DNA from: Felis catus | Taxonomy: Eukaryota | Direction of reading: 5' to 3' | NCBI RefSeq assembly: GCF_018350175.1 | Contig: NC_058375.1 | Coordinates: 34,472,001 to 34,536,000 of the forward strand | DNA: 64,000 nucleotides | Part shown: positions 1 through 12,179 of the stretch, piece by piece | How the letters are laid out: the number at the start of each line of letters is the position of its first letter | Position numbering within the stretch: the stretch's first letter is position 1 | Position numbers and translations under genes: made by a program | The notes under the pieces: generated by a model | Seen by the model: the letters and a program-made list of their open reading frames with translations, nothing else | Told to the model about the DNA's origin: nothing | The model's database searches: none

Positions 1-317
1 TCCCTGCCTTCAAAGAGAGAGTGTGCCAGAAGATGGACTTTTCAAGGAATGAGGGCAAATCACACTGCAACAGGGAGGGGGCAATTCACAGACAGCAGAA
101 TATAATGACAGAAGCCTCAAGGGAGCCAGAGGTTTTAGGGAGTTTGGAGGAACAGTTGTGTAGATGGACCAATAGAGAGAGGAAGACCCTGTAGACCTTC
201 AGGTGTCATGGAGAGTGGATTGGGGGAGAGGAGAACAGTCCCCACTTGAAATGCATCTGGGGTACACTGTCCTTAGGGGCAGCTGGGTTTGTGGTTAGCA
301 TAAGAAGTTGAAGGGGA

Positions 318-532
318 GGGGCGCCTGAGTGGCTCAGTTGGTTGAGTGTCTGACTTCGGCCCAGGTCATGATCTCACGGTTCACGAGTTTGAGCCCCGTG
401 TTGGGCTCTGTGCTGACAGCTCAGAGCCTGGAAGCTGCTTCAGATTCTGTCTCCCTCTCTCTCTGCCCCTCCCCCACTCATGCTCTCTCACTCTCTCTCA
501 AAAATGAACATTTTTTTTAATTAAAAAAAAAA
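318..532 (+). mobile_element. CAN-SINE (SINEC_Fc-like, tRNA-derived), in the last intron of ST3GAL3
   Basis: GGGGCGCCTGAGTGGCTCAG head, CT-rich body, A-rich tail, degenerate flanking duplication (aagaagttgaaggg / aaaagtagaaggg). Confidence 0.93.
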
Positions 533-1343
533 GTAGAAGGGAATACTCAGAGAATGTAGGGAGTTTTGCCTGCGTTTTAGATTGAAAGGATGTGGCCAGT
601 TGTACAAAGTTGACTGAATGAGAATAAGGACAGGACAGAGCCCTGCATCCTTAGCACCAGTAAACGGTGCTTGTTAACATCGCTGTGAGGCTTGGTGCTG
701 ACCAACCCAGCAGAGCAGTCAGGTGGGTACAAACTGTGAAGAGGCTGTCCACGCTCACTGAGTCAATCAGTTAGCCCTTTTTCATCAGAGACTTAGCCAT
801 CAGAGCCTCCTGGTGGGAGTACTGGGGACAGGAAAGAGCCTCAGCCTGGGTGCAGTCTTCCCCCAGGAAAGCCCCAGAAGGCAGCATCTTCCCTGTAATT
901 TCCACATTAACAGAAAGGTGAGCCTCTTGGTCTCGGGCCCCCTGGCTCCTCTGATCTGAGAGGCAGGATTTCATCAGCTGCCCCCAGGCCTGGAGACTGG
1001 ATTGCATCAGGCCAGAGGATGACTAAGCCACCCCACGCGGTTCTCTTTCCAGCAGGGCCCACCCGCCAGGCCTGGGCCAGACCTAAGTGACTCACATTGC
1101 CTATCCTCAGGGTGCCTAGGACCTAGGTGCCCTGGACATACGGCCAGACAAGGAGGTGCTGAAGTCTGTGGGGAACAAGGTTGGAAGGCCTACATCTAAG
1201 ACTTGGAAGAGGAGAAGAGGCATAGTTCTCCCAGTGTGGGGAAGGAGGGAGGATGAACCGTGGCCCTTCTGGAGCATGGGAGGGTGGCGGTCAGAAGAGG
1301 GCACTGAGCTCAACTCATCACGTCTCCATGTCTTTCCTTCCAG

Positions 1344-1433
1344 TCCTGGACGCACAATATCCAGCGAGAGAAAGAGTTTCTGCGGAAGCTGGTGAAAGCA
1401 CGTGTCATCACCGACCTAACCAGCGGCATCTGA
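1344..1433 (+). CDS. ST3GAL3: ST3 beta-galactoside alpha-2,3-sialyltransferase 3, last coding exon (rest of gene upstream of window)
   Basis: After acceptor ttccttccAG translates SWTHNIQREKEFLRKLVKARVITDLTSGI*, the ST3GAL3 C-terminus with the sialylmotif-VS H-x4-E; expected neighbour of ARTN. Confidence 0.93.
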   Translation, partial: SWTHNIQREKEFLRKLVKARVITDLTSGI

Positions 1434-2386
1434 GGCGGGCCCAGCACATGGCCACGGAGGTCCTGGCACCGCCAAGAGCAAGCAGCAGCCACCACCACCT
1501 GCCCACTTCATTGGCCTTGGTCTGGCTCTGCCTGAAAGGCACAGGAGTCTTTAGACCCCGAGAAGGACAGTGCCAAGTGGCCCCAGGGGTGGCGAGGCCT
1601 TGGCAGGGCAGCCAGAGCTGTGTCTGCCCAGAGGCCAGCCTCAGAGACCAGCACTTGGCCTCATTCTCAGCCTGGGTCCTTGAAGCTAGAGGGCCAGGAG
1701 GCCACCAGGCGTGCCCAGCAGGCCCAGCATGCAGGAGGTGGACGTCAGGCAGCAGGGCTGCTGCTGGAATCATTTCTCCAATCAGTGTTTGGTGTATTAT
1801 CATTTTGTGAATTGGGGTTGGGGGGAGGGTAGGGATAATTTATTTTTAAATAAGGTTGGAGATGTCAACTTTGGTCCACTTGCCATACAGAAAGAGGCCC
1901 ACTAGGGGGCCTATCGGGTCTAGGTACCAGTGGGCTCCCTGTAGAGTAGGGGTGCCATGACTGGCCTGGACCCTGCTCGGGACTACAGGGGAGGTGGGCA
2001 AGGTCTCATGCCAGCCCTCTCCAGCTCATGACACTGTTTGGCCTTTCTTGAGGAGAAGATGGGGTATTCCCATTCACCAGCCCCTAACTACCCCACAGGA
2101 AAACCCTGGAGCCATCATTTAAGCCAACAAGACAGCCCCTGGGTTAAGCAGAAAGAACTACAGAGCCTGGGAGATGGGGCCTGGCCCAACCTGATGGGAA
2201 TAGCGCCCCCCCTCCCCAGCTGCAGCTGATCCATAGGACAGCGTCCCAGCCTGGACTGACCAACCTGGCAGCTGTTCTGGACTTCAGCAATGAGACTGTC
2301 AGGTCCTTGGGTTCTGCCTTTAGCTTGGACCAGAGGGAAGTGAGGCTCAAGGACCTTACCCAGGCTGTGGCAGCCATCCTGGAAGC

Positions 2387-2392
2387 AATAAA
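2387..2392 (+). terminator. ST3GAL3: Candidate ST3GAL3 polyadenylation signal AATAAA
   Basis: First canonical AATAAA I can find downstream of the stop (about 950 nt). Confidence 0.5.
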
Positions 2393-3521
2393 GCTCTTCC
2401 CCGAATCTGGCCTCCTCTTGCTTTCTCTGACTTTCCTGGAAGAGGCAGGAACCTGGGGCCTCAGCAATTATGTTAAACTCAAGGGCCATCTCTCTAGCCC
2501 ACGCAGATTCCCGGGTCTCTTTCCCTTCTCGTGTCAACTGCTGGACACGGGTAGCTACTACCTAGGGGCCTCCTGAAGCCTCTCCCATCCTACAAAGTCC
2601 TACACCCTGTTTGCTTTAAGAGAAGCAGACCAAAGGTATAAGGGCATGCCCAGAGTCTACCCTAGTCCTCCTAAAGGAGCCACTGAAGTCCACAGCCTTA
2701 CGATAGCACCTCTGAGTCCCCAGAACCCCAGTTCTGCAAGCAGGGACAGAGATTCCTACAAGTACAGGAAAGATCTATACTGAGCCTCTGACACAGGCTC
2801 AAAGACCTTACCTGCTCGTGGCACCCCAGGCTGAGCCCTGGGGAGAGTATGTCCCACCCCAACCCAGAGCACAAAGGGTCCCCTCTCCCCACACAGAACA
2901 GGAAGGCACAGCCCCCTCTGGGCACCCTCAGGTGAACATTAGAAAGGCTATCCCCACCCCCACCCCCTTAGAGCGCTAGAGTCTGAGCCCTCCCTTTCCA
3001 GCATCCCCAGGCAGGCCTGAGAATGGGACAAACATACACCTGCATCTGAAGCCATGGAGTGAGCTTCCTGCCAGAGCTGCCACTGTGACAGGCTGGCTGG
3101 CCCCCTCATCTCTCACCTGCCATCCCAATCCAAGAGTCCTTGCCATCCCAAGGACCACCACCTTCCCACCTGCCCCCTTACTGCCGTGGTTTGTCCTCAG
3201 GCAGAAGCCTCCTCAGCTGAGGGGAGAGCAAGACCCTGAGAGGCACACCCAGAACTCCCTTGGGATTTTGCTGGCAACCGGGCACAACTCCAAAGCACAT
3301 CATGTTCTACGGGAATGGCACCCCCTGGAGTTGTACAGGGCATAGGCTGCATGCCTACAAGAGGCAGCCACGGCTGATAAAGCCCCAGGCTGCAAGAGGC
3401 AGCAAAGAGAGGATCTACTCACTGCGTGGCCCCTGTCCTACCAGGGTCCTGTCAAGCCTGCGGACAGCCACCACCGGTTTTCTGTGGTCTGGCTTCTGCA
3501 CAGAAACTGCTCTCACAAAAG

Positions 3522-3676
3522 CTGTGGTTCTCAGCCCCGGCCATATGCCAAAATAACCTGCACCGATTGGGAAAACGGCACATGCCCACCCCAAGATTCT
3601 GATTCAGGTCTGGGGTGGAGCCCAGATGTGGGTGGTTTTAAAAGGTCCACAGGTGGTTCTGATGCATAGTCAAGGT
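3522..3676. mobile_element. MER5A-like hAT-Charlie DNA transposon relic
   Basis: ctgtggttctca...gattctgattcaggtctggggtggagccc...aggtggttctgatgca resembles the MER5 consensus. Confidence 0.65.
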
Positions 3677-3849
3677 ACAGCTGGTCCACACACGTCCCCT
3701 GAGCACTTTCATCCCCACCCACGGCTTCCAGTTGTCAGTTGGTCAACAGTTTCCAAACTGCCATCTCCACCCCAGCTCTCTCCACGTTGCTGCAGGCTAC
3801 AGATTCAGCTACTTCCTGAACATCGCCGGTACGGTAATTCACAGGTCCT

Positions 3850-4330
3850 TCCAACTCCACACGTCGGACACTGAACTCGTGAGCTCCTGTCCTCCACATG
3901 CCCCTCCTCCGGGAAGCCCCAGCTGCCAGCATGTATCGCCTCCACCTCATCACCCAGGCCACAGGCATACCTTTGTCCTACCTCTTCACCCCATCCCATC
4001 AGGGATCGATTGATGTGTGCTTGCGAAAGAGGCTTGCAGCCCTCCGCCAGCCCCACACTCTGCCTCAGGCTCCTCTCTCCCCAGCAGCCTCCTTATATGT
4101 CCCCCAGACCATCCACCCCACTGCGGCCAGTCTCTGAAATGCTTGTCTGGTCACACCATTCTCCTGCCTGAAACCCTTCAGTGGTCCCCAGTGCCATCTG
4201 GATAAAGGCCAGACTCTAGTATGACACACAGGATCTGGCCTTTCCTTACCTCTATCCATGTTACTCACTCAACCTCCACCCCACCTGCCAAATTGCCGTA
4301 ATTAGGCACCTGAAATACTACCCTCCAGCT
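3850..4330. mobile_element. Degraded L2 LINE fragment
   Basis: cctgaaacccttcagtggtccccagtgccatctggataaa-type L2 3' motif; boundaries approximate. Confidence 0.5.
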
Positions 4331-4339
4331 GCTACCTCA

Positions 4340-5121
4340 AAGCCTCCGCGCATGTTTCTCCTCTGTGACCCTCCCTTCTCCACCACGGGCACCCGCGCCT
4401 ACCAGCACTGCCCCTGTGGCGCCCCGGGTGAGCAGCGGTGTTCTCGGATCTGTCTCCACTCCAAGCCCCGGGCAGTGGGGGCCCTGCGGCAGGGCGGCTG
4501 GAGCAGGGTCAGGCCCCCAGGGCCCCAGCGCAGCGCCTCACCAACGTGACGAGTTCCATGGGTCCGCTGGGAGAAGTTAGCGGTGGGCCAGACAGCAAGG
4601 AGCAGCCACTGCGGGCCGGCCAGCCGGGACCCCAGAGACCGCACCAACTGCAGGGCCCTCGGCTGAGGCAGGGACCGGCCTGTCCCCTCCCTCCCCGCCC
4701 TCAGCCCAGCCTCCCGACTCCCTACTTCGCGTGTCTACAAACTCTGAACGCCCAGTTCCCGTGCCTCTCTGCCGCCTGGGTTCTTAGCTCTGAGTCCCAG
4801 GGTCTCCTCCCAGCGTCTCCTCCCCCCAAGCTCTGGGGACCTAGGGCAGCTGGGGGGGGGGGGAGGGCGGGGGGACTCGATCCCAGCAGGTGGAGTGGCC
4901 AGGTGAGCCCTGAAAGGTGGAGCTGGGCGGGGGCGCTCTGGGCCCCACCCCAGGATCCGGTGACGCCGGGGCTGGAATTTGACACCGGATGGCGGCGGGC
5001 ATGAGGCTGCTGAGGGATGGAGTTGGGCCCGGCCCCCAGACACGGCTCAGGGGCTCGGCCAGCAGCAGGTCCCTCAGGCCCCAGCCTTCACTGCGTCCCG
5101 GACCCGGAGCCCTGCACCTCG
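4340..5121 (+). promoter_or_regulatory. ARTN: ARTN GC/CpG-rich promoter and first non-coding exon (donor CG|GTAAGC at 5121/5122)
   Basis: Raised CpG content, GC boxes near 4863 and 4925, strong donor; lies upstream of the ARTN coding exons. Confidence 0.55.
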
Positions 5122-5329
5122 GTAAGCTGACCTGTTGGCCCACCCCTGTCCCAGCCCTGGGGCTAGGGGGAGCGGGCAGGATGGTTCCCCTCCACTCCTT
5201 TCTCACATTCTCTCTCCCTCCCCTGGGCTGGAGGCACAGCCCTCAGCCCCTCCCAGCCCCCTCGGTCCCCCTGTTGCTGGTCGGACTGCGCTAGCCCGCT
5301 GTAATGTGAGGCTCCTGCTGCCGCTACAG

Positions 5330-5479
5330 GGCACAGACTGGCTGCCAAGGCCACGCTTTTGGCTAAAAGAGGCGCTGCCAGGTGCACAGCCTTGGGCATG
5401 AGCCTTTTAAGCTGCGGGGAAAAGCCCAGCACTGGTCCCAGGAAAGGTGCCTAGAAGAACACGGAGCAGGACCCCTGTG
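5330..5479 (+). other. ARTN: ARTN 5' UTR exon
   Basis: ctacAG acceptor and GTG|GTGAGT donor; resembles the mammalian Artn leader as I recall it. Confidence 0.55.
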
Positions 5480-6747
5480 GTGAGTATCTGGCTGGCAGAA
5501 GCGGGGCAAGGACTGGAGGACCACCAAGTGGCCCCAGGCTGCAGAAGGGAGACTGGACCTGCCCTGCCCTGCCCTCAAGAGACCTGCTCCTGAGCTCCCC
5601 CTAGTGCAGGGGGCCACTAAGGCTGCCTGGCCCGGGTTTCCCTCCATCATTGAAAACAGTTACTAGCTTGGCCCATCAAGGCTCGATTCAGTTAGCAGAG
5701 CACACGTAGCGCTGGAGGACCACACCAGTGAGGCCTGGGGAGATCTGGCCCACAGGTATGCAGACGTTCTGTGGGCTATGGGGTGGGGGTGGAAGGTGAC
5801 AGCTGGGACCCAAGGGTAGACCAGCCAGTGAGGACTCCAGGGCCCCAGAGGGGTGTATGGGAATGCCAGCCAATGTGGGTTCATCAAAGGTTGGTGGGGC
5901 TCAGAAAGGCTGGATGGGCTCAGGAAGGATGGTTCATGGGGGGAAACTTATAAAAGCAGGGCCAGGTTTCCAGACCTACAGGAAGCTGGAAGGGGGACAA
6001 ACCTGGACCAGCTCTCAGAGACGAGGTTGAAGTGGAGGCCTGGCTGGTCCTCCTGGGAATAGCTCAGGCCTGAGTATTTGAGCAAAGGGAAAAGCCCATC
6101 CACCCTTTGAGTCAACAGGTTTGGCAATGCTGCCCCCTGGTGGCCATAGGGAGCCATGCCCAGGCCCTATGTTAGAGGACCCATCAGCCACCATCATGGA
6201 CTAGCTCTTGAGGGACATCTGTGGCGAGAAGACAGAACTCTGGCAGCTCGGGGTGCAGACTGAAATCTTAGAGGAGCAAGATGCTGCAGTGCTGGGTGGG
6301 CAACACAGGTTGAGGCCTGGGTCTCGCTAACATCAGCTAGGTCAATAGCAAGCACCCTAATTCTTCTCTAGGCCATGGTTTCCTGCTCTGTGACATGGAG
6401 AAAAAGCTCCCTAGTTCCTTCTCCAGCTGCTCCTGGAAGCTCCAGCTCTGTAGCACAGGGCAGGAAGGTCCTGAGGAAAGAGGCCTTGTGACATTAGACA
6501 GTCACTGAGCTTCTCTGAGCCTTATTTGCTCAGGTGGAACATGAGGATTCTGCCATCTGCCTCATGCAGTTGTGAGAACTGAAAGAAGGAACAGGTGCAA
6601 AGCATCAACACATAGTTAGGTTCTTGATGTAGTTACTTCTCCTCCTGGGTTGGGTCCGCCTTTCCAAGCCCCTTGTTCCTGGCCTGAAGACACTGAAGTG
6701 GAGCGGTGGCCTGCTCTCAATGTTCTGAGCTGCCTCAAGAGAAGGGG

Positions 6748-6750
<3 letters not shown>

Positions 6751-6794
<44 letters not shown>
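6751..6794. repeat. (TG)22 microsatellite
   Basis: Direct count. Confidence 0.97.
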
Positions 6795-6796
<2 letters not shown>

Positions 6797-6838
6797 CAGG
6801 TCAACTACAGCTGATGGGAGCTCCTGGTATTGACAGAG

Positions 6839-7937
6839 ATGGAGCCCAGATGTGGAGGCCCTTCTGTGCTGCCCCACTGGCCCCAGCTTGGGCGGCAGGT
6901 GAGTGGTTCTCCCAGTGATGCCACTGGGTATTGAGGAAAGGTGGTCTGATTGGGGAGAGAACGCATGGCTTGGCCTCGGCAGGCGGGTGACAGAAGCGGA
7001 AGGGGAAATGGCCAAGGAGGGACTAGGAGTAAGTAGGAAAGTCAGTGTCCTCAGCTGACCTCTCCCCTGGGCTCCCTGAAACCGTGGACCCATTGTCCTC
7101 CTATCTAAACCCTTCCATAGCTCCCCCCACCCAACTAAGAGCCCATCCTGCCCTCTGATCCCTGCTGCCCCAGCCAGCCCCTTCCCGAACTCCCTACACC
7201 CCAAGCTGACCTCGGTGCCCTCTTCCTCCCTGAGGCTCCACTTTTCTCTCTGTGCAGTCTGCCCTGTGGCCAACCCTGGCCGCTCTGGCCCTGCTGAGCA
7301 GCGTCGCCGAGGCCTCCCTGGGCCCCGGGCCCCGCAGCCCCGCCCCGCGCCTCGGCCCCGCCCCGGCCCCGGCGGCCCCCACCGGCCACCTGCCGGGTAG
7401 GTGAGAAGGCGAGGGGGGCGGGGCGGGGCCGGCCCGGGACCCATCGAGTGACTCCATCTCATTGCAGGGGGCCGCCAGCCTCGCACGTGCGGCGGAAGAG
7501 CTCGGCGGCCGCCGCCCCAGCCTCCCCGGCCCGCGCCCCAGCCACCTGCGCCCTCGCCCGCGCCTCCCCGCGGGGGCCGCGCGGCGCGGGCCGGCCGCGC
7601 GAGCTGGGGGAGTNNNNNNNNNNNNNNNNNNNNNNNNNNNNNNNNNNNNNNNNNNNNNNNNNNNNNNNNNNNNNNNNNNNNNNNNNNNNNNNNNNNNNNN
7701 NNNNNNNNNNNNNNNNNNNNNNNNNNNNNNNNNNNNNNNNNNNNNNNNNNNNNNNNNNNNNTCAGCCTGGCCAGCCTGCTGGGCGCCGGGGCCCTACGGC
7801 CGCCCCCGGGCTCGCGCCCGGTCAGCCAGCCATGCTGCCGACCCACGCGCTACGAGGCCGTCTCCTTCATGGACGTCAACAGCACCTGGAGGACCGTGGA
7901 CCGCCTTTCCGCCACTGCCTGCGGCTGCCTGGGCTGA
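6839..7937 (+). CDS. ARTN: Artemin (GDNF-family neurotrophic factor) preproprotein
   Basis: Exons 6839-6898 (MEPRCGGPSVLPHWPQLGRQ), 7258-7396 (SALWPTLAALALLSSVAEASLG signal peptide) and 7468-7937 (Pro-rich pro-region, RAAR furin site, N-run 7614-7761, then SLASLLGAGALRPPPGSRPVSQPCCRPTRYEAVSFMDVNSTWRTVDRLSATACGCLG*); frame preserved across the Ns. Confidence 0.95.
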
Positions 7938-8354
7938 GACCTCGCTCCAGGGGTTTGCGGACTGTACCCTTACCCGCGGATCCTCGAACCTGGGGCCTCC
8001 TCGCAGGAGCCCGCGGGCCGGCGGGTGGGGGGCCCTGGGCCAGAGATGGAGGCCTCAGCCAGGTGAGTGATGGCTATCAGCCCTGGAGAGATGGAAGGAC
8101 GACTGACCTGCGGCCCCAGGGTCCTCGCCCTGCAAGTCCCAGCCCTGCAGGCACCAGACAACCTCAGCTGTGGAGACCTTAGGACCCACTTCTCACAGAC
8201 TCTGGCACTGACCAGGCCACGGACCCAGGACTCCTCCTCTGGAGAACTCAGCAGCTCTGAAGTCCCAGCCTCAGCCCAGGCCCTGGGGGGTATGGAATTG
8301 GAGGAGACACATTGCTGACATGGGCCCGTACTCTTTCGTGGTTGCTGGACCCCT

Positions 8355-8381
8355 ATTTATTATTCCTAAGTTATTTATTTA
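8355..8381 (+). promoter_or_regulatory. ARTN: AU-rich element in the ARTN 3' UTR
   Basis: ATTTA at 8355 and TTATTTATTTA at 8371-8381 inside otherwise GC-rich sequence. Confidence 0.5.
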
Positions 8382-9019
8382 CTTCTGTGGTTTGTCACAT
8401 CCTTTCCTGGGCAGTGGGGCTGGACGGGTAAAAGCAGCTGGATGGAGATCATGCGCTGGCCATCCCACTCACTTCAGGCTGACTCAGCAATCACAGGCCT
8501 GTGATCTCCCATTGCTTGCCCCCCCCCCCCCAGCAGCTCTGGGACACGGGGCATAGAACACAGGCAGAGTGGGTGGCAAAGGTGTGTTCACCAGTCCTGA
8601 AAGGGCAGCTCACACCCCCCTGCACAGTCCCCAGCACTTGGGACCTGTAGTTACCGGTGGAGAAAACTCTATCCCTGTGACATCAGGCATCCTGGGGGCC
8701 TCACAATGTATAATGACACAGAAAACCACACATTGCCCCACCCCACTGTCACTAATCTGTCCTACCCTCCAGGGCACCCTAATGGGTACATACACTGCCT
8801 CTGCTTGTAGACAATCCAGCATGGGGAGCTCACTACCCACGTTCCATGAAGCCACCCAGGGCAAAAGAGCATCTGAGAAGGCTGAAGGTGGGGAAGAAGG
8901 TGCAGCGGGAGGCTGGTTTGGGAGAATGAAGCAGAGTGCATCAAGGGATTAGAGGGCAGGAAAGAACTGAGGTTCCCCCCTCCCCAGAGGGACCTGCATT
9001 TTGAGTGATAAACGAAGAT

Positions 9020-9150
9020 ATTCATTTATTCATTCAACAAATATTTATTACCTATTATATGTCAGACACTAGGTAGACACCAGCAATACAGAAGTGAAAG
9101 GGACATGATCCCTGCCCTTAAGCTTAAAATCGGGAGAGACAGACAATAAT
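9020..9150 (-). mobile_element. L2 3' end fragment
   Basis: ttcatttattcattcaacaaatatttatt...gatccctgccctt. Confidence 0.65.
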
Positions 9151-10922
9151 TACTTAAATAATTATTTTTTAAGTTCAATTTGGCAAATAGTATGAAAAAG
9201 GACAAGAAGCTAAGCGGTATACACTTTCACCTGGAAGGAAGGAGAGGTTAGTGCTGACCCTGGCCTTCCACAGTGCCCCCGAGTCATCTTAAAAGTCCAT
9301 GCAATCCTGAGCTTTCCTGCATGTCCTGTGCAACCCTGTTTCCTGGGTCCTGTGAATTTGTCCAATATGATGTTCTTTGGCAATAAGACATACATATGGA
9401 AAGGCTACTGAGTCTGAGGAACCATGGGACATCCGGAGGGGCTGTCGGGAGGAAGGGATATGCTGGTCTGGAGCTGAGGAGGGAGGTCTGGGCTGGAGAT
9501 TAATTCGGCAGCTGTAAGTACAAGGGCAGTAGCCGCAGCCAGGGGCGCGTGAGAGCACCATGAGAGTGAGCCGGCTGAGGCCGCCCCCCGCCCAAGGCAT
9601 CTGACACTGCGAACCAAAATTCCTTCCAAACTAAGTGCCTGCTTTGGCACAGGTGCCCCTTCACCCAGGCAAGAGTGAGGGCTGTGTGCGTTCTGGGTCA
9701 AGGAGGAGAAACAAGTCTGTGCTTCCACTCTTCTGTGTTTACTGCTCCAGTTCTAGGTGCTCCCCAAACTCTGGTGCTTTTGCACTGCCTTCAAACACTC
9801 CTTTGGTGCTTACCTCTTTCTGCCTCCAAACTGATTCAGGATCCTCGGTCTCCTGCGCTCCCCACCTCCACCTGAAGAAAGTGGCACCAGTACCATACAA
9901 GTTTGCAGACACTACCTGGCCTTGGTTAAGGGTGAAGGGGGCCATCCTGTCAATTGAAGGGTCACTGGGCCTAAGGAGCCCCTGCTAGAAAGACTTGAAA
10001 GCCTAGCCTAGCCCCCAAACCCTCCAGGCCCTGCCCTTCAGTGGTCATCTCTACTCTCAGAGCCACTTAAAGGAGACCGACTGAAGGCACCTCTGACAAT
10101 GTTCATAGCAAGAGCCAGTTCAGAACCCAAGCCAAAGGCGCCGGCTCTCAACAGTCCCCAGATTGCCAGTCCTCAAACGAGTAGGGTCCTTCCAACTCAA
10201 GGCTACGTTCAGGGCCCCAGAGAGACTGTGCCCAACATCTCACAAAGTCCCAGATGAAACAGCACCTTCTCCACGAGAAGACACGTTCCTGTAAGAACTG
10301 GCCTCGGTGTGCAGCTCACAACAACCCAAATCCCTCTTTTAAAAAATAAGGCCATTTTCCCCAAAGGAGACAAGCTCCAGAACTGCAGTGCTCTGCCTGC
10401 AACTTAGAGGCATGATCTACACATGATCTTACCAGGCAGAGCACTTTCTACTCCTGAAAGCCACAGGTGGTTCTGGTTATCTCCATTTTTGACTGCAGAC
10501 TTTGTTTCACATTTGCAAAACTACATCGTCCATTTGAGTATCTTCCCAGAACTAAGGTACGGTGTCCTCCAAAGGGGTATCACGTCACCACCTCTTGTAA
10601 GAAAACTACAGACAGCTTTGAAAACTACAGCAGCTTCAGGGAGCACCCAAAACTTCCCTCTAGATTTGTTTCATCTAGGAATTGAGATTTGGGGTTCCAT
10701 GTGCTCCCCCTGCACTTGCCAATGGCTTTCCTCCTCTCTTGCCCAAAGGTTGCCCTATTTCCCCTGCCCAGAATCCCTATGACAGAGTGTATGTGCACTG
10801 GCCGACTCACTGAGGTCTCTTCTGGAAAAGGAGAGGTTGCATAGAAAGCTGAGGGATCTGAGAAAAGATCTAAGAGTCTGTGCCATGTGAGATTACCTTT
10901 CTTATTCACAGGAGTGGTTCTT

Positions 10923-11136
10923 TCTTTTTTAAAAATTTTTGTTAATGTTTATTTATTTTTGAGAGAAAGAGTGTGAGCGGGGGAGAGGTAGAGAGAGGGG
11001 GAAACAGAATCCAAAGCAGGCTCCAGGCTCTGAGCTGTCAGCACAGAGCCCCATGCAGGGCTCGAACTCACGAACCGCGAGATCAGGACCTGAGCCGAAG
11101 TCAGACACTTAACTGACTGAGCCACCCACGAGCCCC
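10923..11136 (-). mobile_element. CAN-SINE (SINEC_Fc-like)
   Basis: Reverse-complement SINE with T-rich tail; target-site duplication ggagtggttctt at 10911 and 11141; appears inserted at the end of an older hAT/MER relic (11141 to about 11260). Confidence 0.93.
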
Positions 11137-11563
11137 CACCGGAGTGGTTCTTAACCTGTTTTGGAGTCCTTTAGAGAATCTGATGAAAGCCAAGGATTCT
11201 CTCCCTGCACCCCCAACATGATGAAAAGCCCCTTCCTTCAATTTATTCTGCATACTACAGATAGGTGTTTCTAAAATGCAAATCCAATCATCACTGCCCA
11301 CTTGAAACCCCACTTAAAATTTGTTGAATGTCTCAATTCCCACTGAATTTTGCTTCCTATCTAATTGAGCCCCCATCCTCACCAGTCTCTATTATTCAAG
11401 CTCAGACCAAGTTTCTCTTCCTCGGGGAAGCCTTCATTCACCTCAGGCCTCGGCAGCTATTGCCAATGTCAGCTTCCTCCACCAAACACAAGTACAGAGG
11501 TCGTTTCCCTTTTGATTACTATTTCCCCTTCTGGGATAGCTGGCAAGAGTTAATAACAGGAAA

Positions 11564-11622
11564 GGGCACCTGGCTGGCTCAGTGAGCCTAGAGATTACTA
11601 AAATTAATAAATAAACTTAAAA
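11564..11622 (+). mobile_element. Internally deleted short CAN-SINE
   Basis: gggcacctggctggctcagt joined almost directly to tagagattactaaaattaataaataaac; compare the full-length copy at 38053. Confidence 0.6.
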
Positions 11623-12179
11623 ATTTTAATAAAAGGACAAGTGTAAGGGGGTAGGGACTGCTGGGGTCTGTGGCCGACCAGATCTGTGGCTAGGCCGTGT
11701 GTCCCTGGACAAGAAAAGTTCAACCTTCCTAACCTCGGTTTTCTCATCAGAAAATAGTGACTAAAATACCCACCTCCGAGATGTTGAGAGAATCGGACCT
11801 AAGGTATGCAAAGTACTGTTCCTAGCACTTCAAGGTGAGCTATTCTTATTCTAATTACTCATAAAGAGAAGTTGCTTCCAAGCAGCACGTAAAATTCTCC
11901 GAGTACTGTCCATGGTATGAGGTTTCCGGGTTGCTAACTGGGCAGCCCGGAAAGCCGTCCTTTTTTACTCCTGAGGCGCGCCAAGCCCCCTTTCTTCTCA
12001 GGGTGGTGCTGACACCTTCTTCCCAGACCGCCCCCCTTCCTGGGTGCCAGAAAGCGCAGACAGCGCAGCATCAGTGACCTGTTTCTCCCCGCGAACCCAC
12101 AACACACACCTTATCCTCTAGCCTGGATTCCCAGCTCCATCCACCGGCCCCTTCAGTCTTAGGGAGCTGCTCATCAGCG

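Noticed and set aside
318-400. tRNA-like A/B boxes in SINE heads
   Set aside because: tRNA-derived SINE with CT body, A-tail and TSD; not a tRNA gene
329-520. 63-aa ORF MAQLVECLTSAQVMISR... and its look-alike at 63667-63861
   Set aside because: Both are translations of CAN-SINE copies, not a gene family
6605-7846. 413-aa minus-strand ORF and other long ORFs over ARTN
   Set aside because: Shadow frames of GC-rich coding DNA, extended by Ns and a microsatellite
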